From the NCBI GenBank assembly GCA_050273025.1, contig CP158636.1, positions 6,076,001 through 6,140,000 of the forward strand: a stretch of DNA of 64,000 bases. Direction: 5' to 3'. Every line of letters begins with the position of its first letter. Position 1 is the stretch's first letter. This document shows, in pieces, positions 11,787 to 23,400 of the stretch. The stretch is from Cenococcum geophilum. Taxonomy: Eukaryota. Below the pieces are notes generated by a model, which had not been told where the DNA came from, made no database searches, and was given only the letters and a program-made list of their open reading frames with translations. The position numbers and the translations under genes were made by a program.

Positions 11787-14700
11787 ATGACGTCCCCGCA
11801 AGAGCTGCGTTTCGACGGCCAGACGGTCGTTGTGACAGGCGCTGGTGGTGGCTTGGGCAAGCAATACGCTCTGTTCTATGGCTCAAGAGGCGCGAATGTT
11901 GTCGTGAACGACCTAGGTGGCAGCTTCAAAGGCGAGGGCAAGTCGACTAAGGTGAGATTTTGCTCCAGTGGGATCCGGTGCCGTCTTAAGCTCCAACGAT
12001 TGCCATCAAGCCTTGCTTTATCCTTTCCTCCACACCTTCCATGTCGCAAACTCTGCTAATCCATTGCTTGTCTGCAGGCAGCCGATGTCGTTGTCGAAGA
12101 GATCAGAGCCAAGGGCGGCAAGGCCGTTGGCAACTACAATAGCGTCGAGAATGGCGAGGCCATCATCGAAACAGCTATCAAGAACTTCGGTCGCGTGGAT
12201 GTCCTCATCAATAACGCTGGTATCCTACGGGATATCAGCTTCAAGAATATGAAGGACCAGGATTGGGATTTGATCATGGCTGTTCACGTCCGGGGCGCAT
12301 ACAAGGTGCGTTACAATGATTGCGTGTAGTTAGGATAATTTGCTTACTTGGGAAATAGTGCGCAAGAGCTGCATGGCCGTATTTCAGGAAACAGAAATAT
12401 GGCCGTGTCATTAGCACTGCGTCCGCCGCTGGTCTCTTTGGCAACTTTGGACAGTGCAATTACTCGGGTATGTTCAAATCCATTGTGTTACAGAGGAACT
12501 TGGCACTAATATATTAAAGCTGCAAAATTGGCCCTTGTTGGCTTTACAGAGACCCTCGCAAAGGAAGGGTTGAAATACAACATCCTCTGCAACACCATTG
12601 CTCCCATCGCCGCAAGCCGAATGACGCAGACCGTCATGCCTCCAGATGTCCTGGAGATCCTGAAGCCAGAATGGGTTGTTCCTCTCGTGGCTGTTCTCAC
12701 TCACAAATCGAACACCGAGACTGGATCGTTATATGAGGTTGGTGGCGGTCACATTGCTAAACTGCGGTGGGAACGCTCGAAGGGAGCGTTGTACAAGGCC
12801 GACGGTTCATTAAGGCCCGGATCTATTCTCAGCAAGTGGAATGAAGTCAACGACTTCTCTCAGCCTGAGTACCCGACTGGCCCTGCCAACTTCATGGAGT
12901 TGCTTGAGGCGGCGCAACAGCTGTCTCCGAATAAGCCTGGCGAGCCATTGGACTTCAAGGGAAAAGTTGTCCTCATTACCGGTGCTGGAGCGGGGTAAGC
13001 TAATATTAGAAGCTTAAGTAAGTTACCAGCTAATTCTTGCAGTCTCGGCCGCTCTTACGCTCTGCTTTTTGCTAAACTCGGCGCCAAGGTCGTTGTAAAT
13101 GATCTTGTAAATCCTGATACAGTCGTCCAGGAAATACAAAAGATGGGAGGTGAAGCCATCCCAAACAAGGCCAACGTGACAGACGGTGATGCTGTTGTCA
13201 AGTCAGCCATTGACGCCTATGGCCGCATCGATGTACTGATCAACAATGCCGGTATCCTCAGGGATAAGGCGTTCACTAACATGGACGACGGGATGTTCGA
13301 CATCGTTATGGGAGTGCATTTGCGGGGAACCTATAAATGCACCAAGGCTGCCTGGCCGTACATGCTCAAGCAGAAATATGGCCGCATCATCAATACCACT
13401 AGCACTAGTGGTATCTACGGCAACTTCGGCCAGGCTAACTATGCAGCAGCTAAATGCGGTATTCTTGGGTTCTCACGCGCGCTAGCACGTGAAGGTGCCA
13501 AGCACAACATCTGGGTCAATACCATTGCCCCCAATGCTGGCACCCAGCTCACACGTACAATCATGCCGGAGGAGATGGTGCAGGCATTTAAGCCAGACTA
13601 CGTGGCGCCTCTCGTCGTCTTGCTTTGCTCGGACAAGACGCCTGAGCCGCCTACCGGTCGCCTCTATGAAGTTGGCAGCGGCTGGGTTGCCCAGACGAGG
13701 TGGCAGCGCACAGGCGGCCACGGCTTCCCCATAGATCAGCCCCTTACGCCGGAAGCGGTGCTCAAGGTGTGGGATAAGATCAACGACTTCAATGATGGCC
13801 GCGCGGATCACCCGGAGAGCAACCAGGATGGTCTTAAGTCGATTATGGCTAATATGGGCAACACGGTTGGGGGAAAGAAGAAGAGCGGGAAGGTCGATAA
13901 GGAGATCTTAGAGAACATCGAGAAGGCGAAGAAGGCCCAGGCGCAAGGGACTGAGTTCAAATACGATGAGCGGGATGTCATTCTCTACAGTAAGCCTAAC
14001 CCCTAAGCCTCCTCCTTTGCTCTATGCAAAGTTATTTTGAAGGCACAGTAACTTACATGATATCCAGATCTCGGCGTCGGCGCCAAACGGACAGACCTCC
14101 CCCTTGTATATGAGAACTCAGACAACTTCCAGGTCCTCCCAACCTTCGGCGTCATCCCGCCCTTCAACGCCGTCGCGCCCTTCTCACTAGGTGATATTGT
14201 GCCAAACTTCTCGCCCATGATGTTGCTGCACGGCGAGCAATACCTTGAGATCCGCAAATTCCCGATCCCAACGGAAGCGACGCTAGTGTCATACCCGAAG
14301 CTAGTCGAAGTAATCGACAAGGGCAACGCGGGTATTGTGGTGACGGGCACAACGACCAAAGACGCGCGGACGGGCGAGGATCTGTTCTACAATGAGTTGA
14401 CCGTGTTTATCCGCGGCTCGGGCGGCTTCAGCGGCCCCACCAAGGGCGCGGACAGGGGTGCGGCGACCAAGGTGCACAAGCCGCCGCAGCGCGCCCCGGA
14501 CGCCGTCGTCGAGGAGAAGACGACCGAGGAGCAGGCCGCCCTGTACCGCCTGTCCGGCGACCGCAACCCGCTGCACATCGACCCAGAGTTCAGCAGGGTC
14601 GGCGGCTTCAAGGTCCCCATCCTGCACGGGCTGTGCTTCTTCGGCTATGCGGGCAAGCATGTCGTCCAGACGTATGGTGTCTTTAAGAACGTGAAAGTCC

Positions 14701-14858
14701 GGTTTGCGGGCACGGTTTTGCCGGGCCAGACGCTGCGGACCGAAATGTGGAGGGAGGGGAATAAGGTCGTGTTCCAGACGAAGGTGGTCGAGACGGGGAA
14801 ACTATGTATTGCGGGTGCTGGGGCGGAGTTGGCTGGGGGTGCGGCGGCGAAGTTGTAG
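11787..14858 (+). CDS. FOX2: Peroxisomal multifunctional beta-oxidation enzyme (hydratase-dehydrogenase-epimerase)
   Basis: Two SDR domains ([29 protein letters not shown]), hydratase-2 domain ([21 protein letters not shown]), C-terminal PTS1 -AKL; about 5 introns. Confidence 0.96.
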
Positions 14859-15457
14859 GGAGATAGGGGTTTATGTAATGGTATATAAAGGTGGGGATCT
14901 TTTTTTTCGCATGACGGATGAGATTTGTATTAAAAGTATATATAGGAATGAATCTCGATGTCTCTTCGTCTATTCTCCTCCTCCTTCCGCACCACTCACC
15001 CGCTTAAACCAACTCAAACCCCCCAACGACACCGTCCCCCCCAGGTCAGGCGCTCGGCAGCAGTGCGCGCCATAGCCCCAGCCACCGCAGCCCGACATCC
15101 AGACCGCAAACGCGCCGGCCCGTCGCCGCTGCCTCGACGCTGAAGACCAGATGCCGAAGAAGCCCCTTGATGCAGCACGCCGCCACCCCTCCAACCGGCG
15201 CGACGCACATGCCGCTCCCGGCCTGTTTTGCGGGCAAGGAGGAGGGCGGGGGCGGGGGCACTTCTTTAGCCCAGGATAAAATTTCTAGTATAGTGAAGAG
15301 TGACTACAGTGATGCGAGCGCTGTGGCTTACTCTTTATACAGGCCTGCCCGTTGCAACTATACTTGGAAAGACTGAATCGAGCGCTCCTCATCGGGCCCC
15401 TGAAGCCCTTAGAAACCGTCTAAAGAGTCACTCGGAAAAGGAATACACGCGCTGTTG

Positions 15458-15961
15458 CTAGAACCAAACGCACCCCCCTCGCGGTGCTGCACACCACCCA
15501 TACGTCCGCAGCTGACCTAACCACGCTGTTGCTGCTGCTGCTGTTGAATCTATACGGTATCCCTGCGAAGATCCAGCTGAGCGCGCGCACGCCTTCGTGG
15601 TCAGGATGCGCGCTACCTCCTCATTGATTAGGAACGGGAACGGCTCCAGATACTGGCGATCCAGCTTCCAGTTCGCAGCGTCGTCGAAGCCAAGGCGGAA
15701 GAAGTCGGCGAGATTCGGCTTCTCAAAATCACACTCGCCTCCGCTTGCCTCCCGCATATGCCTCAACGTCGACATCGTGGTCGTGGCGCTTGAGTCCGGC
15801 CACGCGATGTCGAGCTTGGCGTAGTAATACGGTGCGACGCACACGGCGTAGCGGTCCATCTCGGCGACGAGGTAGTCGGGCATTTCCTGCAAGAAGGCCT
15901 CGAGGTCCAACTGTTCACCATAATATTTAAGCGTCAAAGACGTTAATAAGGTGCCAGCACC
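15458..15961 (-). pseudogene. 5'-truncated coding fragment of unknown function
   Basis: ~165 open codons with coding-like GC bias and no proper ATG at the 5' end; the frame runs directly into the repeat starting at 15962. Confidence 0.45.
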
Positions 15962-16153
15962 ACTGCCGCCGAGTAACCGCACTGACCAGAGGCTTTAACA
16001 CCAAGCCATATACGGTATAGAGCCTCTAGATAGGCTTACGGCCGCAATAGACCTTTTATGGTGACAAGAATGGGGTCGCAGCTCGGCGTGGTCACGGAAA
16101 AACTCGGCGTGGTCAGAAGGTTCAACGTGGTCAGCTTCTGACCACGCTGAGTT
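15962..16153. repeat. Dispersed repeat R, copy 1 (putative mobile-element terminus) with subterminal 19-bp-arm hairpin
   Basis: ACTGCCGCCGAGTAAC...GGGGTCGCAGCTCGG near-identical to 55801-55939; hairpin arms 16101-16119 and 16135-16153 (18/19 complementary). Confidence 0.85.
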
Positions 16154-16290
16154 TATGCATCCCTTCGAGAGAGAGTTCACCTTTAGACACCGATCAGCCT
16201 GGCCAATTCGCTTGCCACTACTGGCGATAGGGACTACTAGATACCAAGGGCGACGCGAAAAGAGTCATACACGTGACTGAGTCCTCGGCC

Positions 16291-18047
16291 TCAAGGGCCT
16301 GCAGTCTTGACTCTTAACACCCTCCACCTTAACACCTCTTCCACCAGTCTCGCTTTCGAGAACGGCAGACTGTCAGCAAGCATCTCTGCAATCTTCCTAT
16401 ACCGCCTTTCAATCGCCCATGTTAATGGACTCATCCCTTCATTATCCACCGGATTTTTGTCGATACCTTCAACGGCAAGAAGGCGCCTGACGATATCCTC
16501 TTTCCCGCGGCAAGCTCCCCATATCAGTGCGGTGGAACACTCATCATCTATAACGTTTGGATCTGCACCGTGAGACAGCAGGAGTTCCAACACATCGCAG
16601 TGGCCTTCTTGAGCCGCATGTGAAAGCGCGGTCCTGTAGCGCTTATCCTGAATGTTTGGATTGGCGCCGTGACGGAGTAACATTTCGACGATGCTCGTGA
16701 AGCCTTCCTGGGCGGCGAATATTAGTGGCGCCATACGATATTCGCCTCTAGCATTTACGTCAAAGTTGATGGCATCTTGCGAGAGGAGTTCTTTGACTGC
16801 AGCAACACGCCCGTTTTGAACGGCCCAAGAGAGCATGGCGTGCTCGGGGATGCCGTCAAGGCGCAATCGAGTTTGTTCGGGATTGTTGTCTGGAGTTTGA
16901 GTGGCTATTTCGTTAGCATATTTGGTGAAATATATAATGCTGGATTTAGTAGACTTACACTGTTTATCACCAAGGCTCTTCCCACACGCCTTCATCTGCT
17001 TAAATACAGCCTGAGATTCAATGTATCGGTCTGTAGCCGCGATGATTGCATTCACCTCCTTCGAGTCTTCTAAGCCAATGTCTTCCAACCCTCGTAGAAC
17101 GTTAAATCGGTAGTAGCGCCCCTTGCCGTCGAGCCCAGACTTGTCCCGACAGAACCTCTCAGCAGTCTTCTCCGTCTCTGTAGCAATTGCGAGCAGACTC
17201 TGGCCAACGCCGACGAGATCATCGGTGAATCGCTTAAGGGACGGAACGCCAGTCCCTATTGACACCAAACAACTGACGCTATCTTCGAGGGAGCCCAACG
17301 GCCACATGTCTTGAGCCTCGTTCCACACTTCGTATACTGGGTTGTTCGCCCCTGTAGCGCCGTCGACGAAGGTTTCGTGGAAGCTACCGATCGTAATAGG
17401 ATCGAAGAAGGATGAGGCCGCCGACGTCGCTCGGCCGGCCTCCCAGATCTTGGCGGTTCGAAGCAGCCGTTCTCGACCGCGTGGGGATCGGTAACTAGTT
17501 ATGTGAATCGTGTCACCGGTTTCCTTGCTTGTTGCGCACACGAACCTACGCTCCAACGGTTGGTATATCCTCGACCTACTGTATTCCGTTATCTACACTT
17601 ACACTTTACACTTTGCGTTAGGAGAGTCCTTTAGCAGCTCATCCTCTTTTAACCCTTGCCTCGCGACAATCTCTTTTATCGCTCGTTCCAAAGCATCGGT
17701 GTCGAATCGCCCTTGAACGTTACCTTTGATTGTCACACGGTGTCTCTGCTTTTGGAACACCTTATCAAACAGCGAGATATATGCGTCTATACAATCGTCG
17801 ACCGTCATCTGAAGCCGGCCGAGCATTATCGCTATGAGGCTGTAGACGTTAGCTAAATACCCGGTATTACAAACTACTCCACGAACCCGCCAGTGCTGGT
17901 CCCCCCAATCATGTCGAAATAGTCGCAAGGTTTTGGCGGAGATTCCGGGTCGACGACGTCCATGAGCTGCTTCAAGATCTGAAGCATCGACAAACCGCGA
18001 ACGCCGCCTCCATCAAGGGCTAGGAGGCGGAGCTCGTGCTCCGGCAT
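16291..18047 (-). CDS. Patatin-like phospholipase fused to ~5 ankyrin repeats (NLR-effector-type patatin, no NB-ARC/NACHT)
   Basis: LLALDGGGVRG, FDMIGGTSTGG, GRATSAASSFF, FVDGA catalytic motifs intact; ANK repeats (PLIFAAQEG, TALSHAAQEG, TALIWGA, SPLTWA); introns ~17885-17840, ~17601-17547, 16958-16905. Confidence 0.9.
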
Positions 18048-18211
18048 GGCTAGAAAATGGGTTGGGTAGTGGGTTTGGTAGAATTATGAGGCTTGGTCTT
18101 GTCTTGGAGAAGTATAGTAACCCGTCTTCAGCTCGATCAGAAAGTGTAGAGAGAGTTAGATCCTTGATTGAGAGGGCTATCCTAGACTAAATAGAGATAG
18201 TGCCCCGCAGA

Positions 18212-18245
18212 TTATCTCGTAAATCAGACCCCCGGGGGAAAATCC
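18212..18245. repeat. Orphan terminus of the TTATCTC-family element
   Basis: TTATCTCGTAAATCAGACCCCCGGGGGA matches the reverse complement of the element end at 63731-63758; no partner end found. Confidence 0.6.
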
Positions 18246-20469
18246 CGCCACGGCGTGACGCCAAGGATCTAGTGCCACGCTTGTGGACTCCTGAGCCGAT
18301 CAAATCACTATACCCTAGTCCTGTCAAGTCCTGAACCAATTATATTACACCAAGCAGTGTGTCCAATAGCCAGCGACGCTGGCAGCGTAGCTGCCAAGAA
18401 GCTGATAATGTAAGCAGTCAGCTAGTAGTCAGTCAGTTACCTCAGAAGCTCAGACTAAGAAATCGATTGTGCGGATATAGGAATATCCGCACCGTCCGCT
18501 AAGCTGATTTAGGACGGCAATCGTTTTCTTAGTCTGAGGCCCTTTGGTGAGATTTATAGAAAACCTAAACACTATTTATATGAGAAGACTTTATCAACTT
18601 TAACAAAATTAATCTACCCTCCTATAATACCTGTTAACATTAAAATTATACTAAATTATAGAGAAAAGCCTACTCTATAAGTTATAAGATCCTCAGCTCC
18701 TTATACCCACGCGATATTAAAAGGAAGTTGTCGCGGTAGAGGCCATAATTCTACCTCTATACCACCGAGCCGCGTAGTAACTACTAACACTAAACGCTTA
18801 CGCCCATGCCGCCCACCCTCTCTATAACCAGCAGATATTCCATCTACTAGTTAAATAGCGGATATTCCATCTACTAGTCGGACAGCGGATATTCTATCTA
18901 CTAGTTGGACAAATACGTTAAAGGAAGAGAAAGTTAATATTATTAAAGACCTTTTATAAAAATGAAGTTGGTCTTTTTAAAGGCTGGTTTTTAAGTACTT
19001 AGAAAGTGGGAATAGGTATAGAGGTAATAGAAAGAAGAAAAAAGTAAGGGACCTACTTATTGCTTTGCTGGAGGATAAGGAAATATAAGAAGAACTTATT
19101 AACACGCCTAATACTTATACGACTCTGGTAACCTATACTATCCACTATATCCGGAAAGAGCTCCGCCAACTATAGTTATAATATAGCCCCTTTAATATAT
19201 AGACTCTAGATATAGAGTTTAAGGATATTAACCTTAAGAATGCAGCTAAGTTTATTTAGTAGTACAGTCCGCTGCTGTTTTAGCTTATTAAGGGGATGTC
19301 CGTACTGGATGAAAAGGAATATAGTTAGAATCTGCACGGTGGATATATAGTTATAGTTGCCTTTATATTCCTCCTAGGGTTCGCCTAAAACTTTGCAAAT
19401 GGTTTCGCCCGTCTACTTAGTTTATATCTTTAGGCGCTTAATATAAAGCGCTATATACTATCTTTTCTATATAGCCTTAGTCTAATTAATAGTTATAAGG
19501 CTCTTAACGCTAAAAAGCTTAGGCTAGCCAAACGTTTTAAGAAAGGTCTTATTAATTCTACTAGCCCTTCTAGCGCTAATAACCCTTAAGAAACTGATTA
19601 AGTCTCTTTCTATTTATAATAATATCTATATTATCTATAATGACTTTAACTATTGCTAAAAGACTTAATATTAGGTTATTGGCGAGATTAGTAAGTTTAA
19701 TTCGCATACTATAGGAAAGATTTTACGCGGAGTATACATGCCTAAAGGGGGCCTTAAGTAGTTAATATTAAATAATACCTGTTAACTTAAGCTAGATAAG
19801 GTTGTTAATATAGCTAGGAATAGGTTTAATAACCTTTAGAAGTAGATATCTATAAGTTTTATTACGGACGCCATCTAATATACGTATTCTACTACGGTTA
19901 ATAGTATATTTAACTCTAACGCGGATATTAAATATCCACGTATACTAGTAGTTAATATTCTCCCTTATAAAAGGATAGAGTATATAACTCTAGGACCTAT
20001 TTTAAATAGTAAGGCTTTTATTAACGACAACTATTATATAATAGAGAATATTTTCCTAGAATAACTGCAGTATAACTATAAAACCGCTTTTAATAATTAG
20101 CTTTTCCTAGTATATAGAGATTAGAAAACCGTAAAGCTTATTTAATTATATAAAGAGGAGCGGGTTAAGGTGGAAGGTGCGTATAATAGCTATAAGTGGG
20201 TATTACCTATTCTAGGGCTATAGTATATATAATTAAACTTCCTATATATAGTTATGCGTACATTCTATAGGGGTAAGGAAGCCGCGCAGTAGTTTTTAGC
20301 GCTTTATACCTATATAAACTACCTAGGACGGCGTAATATTCCTAGGGAAAAGGCTTTATTTTATTATATAGAAGAGCTAATCCTCTAAAGCTTTAATACT
20401 TATATTATTACATTATTCCTACTCTATATCCGTAATAAGTGCAATATTAAGGCGGATAGTAAGGCTAAG

Positions 20470-23400
20470 TGTAACCGACTACCGGACCTTGCATATTACC
20501 CTATTTCACCTACGTTAGCACTACCCTCGTATGTCTCGGATACGTTTAATATAAGTTATGGGTTCCGGAGTTAGGGGTCTACTTTTATATATTTATACCA
20601 CTTAATTTCCATAGATTTATAATTAAGTTGCTTATTTAATTCCTATATACTATAAAGCTTATAGTTATAAGCCCGGCCTACCTACTATACTATATCTAAT
20701 TTATATATTTAGCGCTTACTAAGCAATTGATCTGCTACCTCGTTTAAGAAGTCACTACTTCTTCTACCTTTATAAGTATTTTAAGCTTCTTCTAGGTACT
20801 GCTGTTATACTTATAATTACCTTTATTTACTAAACGGACGGACAATTAAACATTAATTATATTAAACATTAATTGAACTAAACTAAACCTAACTATATAA
20901 ACCCGACCGTATAAACCCTAACCTCCTTTAACCCAGATATACAACTATTTAATAAAGTCAACCTATTTACTATAGTATAACGACCTTATATAGCGTCCAA
21001 GCAAGAGCCTAGCTAGCGCGATTTAGAGTATAGAGCTAGAGCGAGATGCTAGAGCATAGAGCTAGAGCACGGAGCTAGTATAAGACGCCAGAATATAAAG
21101 CTAGTAAAAGCCAGATGTATAAGCTAGCTTAGATATACTAATAGTAAGAGATAAGGATATTAGGTAGATATAAGGAAGGCACTAGACTAATAATAGCTAA
21201 AGGACCGTCACCAAAACCAGATAACCGTTTAAACGACTAGCTAACGAACACTAGAGCCTTAATATAGGCCTATTACTAAATCAAATTAAGGCCTCCTAGG
21301 GAGGCACCAACACTACAATTAGTCGCAGCTCTTATACTATAGACGCCTTCCGCTATAACTAGTCGCAGTGTTACGGACGCTCTAAGTACGATGTTACGAC
21401 TACTTAGAGAAGAGACGGAAGAAGCTAGTTAGTTGATTTAGGCACGGTCTAGAATGGAGCCGATAGAACTATGTAATGAGGAATAGTAACCAAAGTCATA
21501 TAATGTGCTACGTATTAAACAAGAGGAACGAGAGGAACTTACGTACCTTACGTATAAGACGTACATTATATATAAGAAGGATTTCATAGGAGTACAGTTA
21601 TGTATTTAAGGACCCTCAGTCTCTACCTAGATAGTTTCTTCCTTATAGTAATTCTTAGAATACAATTAGAGTTAATCTGTTAGGCAACCACTCCACTAGT
21701 TATTATTACGTTGTTAACTTTTATACTTACATTTCCTATATACCTAGCCCATTAATGAACCTATTGTAGTTCTTACTATAAGGTTCCGTTATACAATTAC
21801 TACCTAGTTATAGTATTAATATAAGAAGTTAAATAACATGCCACCAAAAGCAGCCACCATAACGCCATTAACGGCAGTAACTACTTTAAGGATAGGAGGT
21901 AACACTAGTATAGTGGATACTAACTCACAGCAACCTGTGACGGTCGGACAGCTATAGGAAATAGTTAACTAGCTAACAGCTAATAATATAGTGTTAGAAG
22001 AAAGACTTAACGGGATAAGAGTAGCAAAAATTAAGTTACTATCAATTAAGAGATTTATAGGAGAGAGGTTAAAGCTTAAAGGATTCCTTACGCAGATGCA
22101 CTTTAAGGTTTTATAGAAGGGAGCAAAGTTACCTATACCCGTGGATTAGATAGCCTATACAGGACTATTCTTATTAGGAAAAGCACTTAAGTAGTTTAAA
22201 CCTTACCTTATAAAGATATAGGTAAATGGAATAACGACCACTAATTAAAACGTGCGATTTATATTCTTAAGTTAGGAAGGATTTGTAAAACAACTTACGT
22301 AGATATTTAGAGACCTAAAAGAAAAAACTATAGCGGAAAAAAAACTCTAGAACCTTATGCAACGAACTTTAGCAATTAAATATATAATATAGTTTTAGAC
22401 ACTAGCAATATAAGTAGAGTGGAATAATAGGGCGCTTATAGTATAATATAAATAGGGACTTAAGGCTAAAGTCTAGGACGTAATTATCCTAATAGAAGAT
22501 GCGGACACTCTAAGGGAACTAATAGATTAGGCGATTAAGATTAATAATTAGATTTACTAAAGGGAACAGGCTAAGAAAGGCTAAAATAGAGTTCTATAGT
22601 TATATAAGGCGTAGAGTACGCAATGATAAAAGCTAAGTTAGAAACTATGGTATAGCGTAGAGCTAATAGACCTAAGTGGTACTAAAGAAGCCTATAAGAG
22701 ATAGAGCAAACTATAGAAACCTAGAGGATAAGGATTAAGTAATTAAAGGTCTAAAGAGTAGAGGCCGAATCAGGAATCTTAATAGCAGAAGACATTTAGG
22801 CGGACTCTATAATAAGAAAAATAGTTTAAAAAAGGAGCTTATATAAATTACGGAAAATAGGGTTATTACGTTAGAAACTATAGAAGTAGGTAGAGTTACT
22901 TTATAGTAAAAGGTATAAGACTAGCAGATAATATATATATATAAAGGGATAATAATATACTACGAGGAACAAAAGAGTATTTAATTAGAAGTTTTGCGTT
23001 TTATTATAATAACGTATATTAAATTTATAAGGACGCTAAGTATAGCGCAAGCTATTAGCTATAAGAGCTAGCACCTATAGGATATAGAGGAACTAATAAA
23101 CTAGTTCGCAGATCAGATATTAAGGACGATAAATTTAACTTAGGCGAAATATTCTATAACGATAAGGTAATAAGGGCTGCTTATTAGGAGCGAGCAGACC
23201 TTAGAGATGTTATACTAAAGGTAGAGGATAATTCTATTATAGAATAAGGAATATTAGTAGGGATCGAAACCCCACTAGATATAATATCTATCGCTTTATA
23301 AGATGTAAGAGAAGTAAAATAGTGAACTACTTTAGCACTTAATAAAGGCAAAAGGCTAAAGGCTTAAGATTCTTAAAATAAGATAAGAGATGACTAAGAT

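Noticed and set aside
13246..15261. Alternative-frame and antisense ORFs over FOX2
   Set aside because: Shadows of the high-GC codon usage of the real gene
15962..16120. Repeat R as 5S rRNA, tRNA or snRNA, or as the 60-aa ORFs overlapping it
   Set aside because: No recognisable similarity to fungal 5S and no cloverleaf; the short ORFs lack ATG starts and differ between copies
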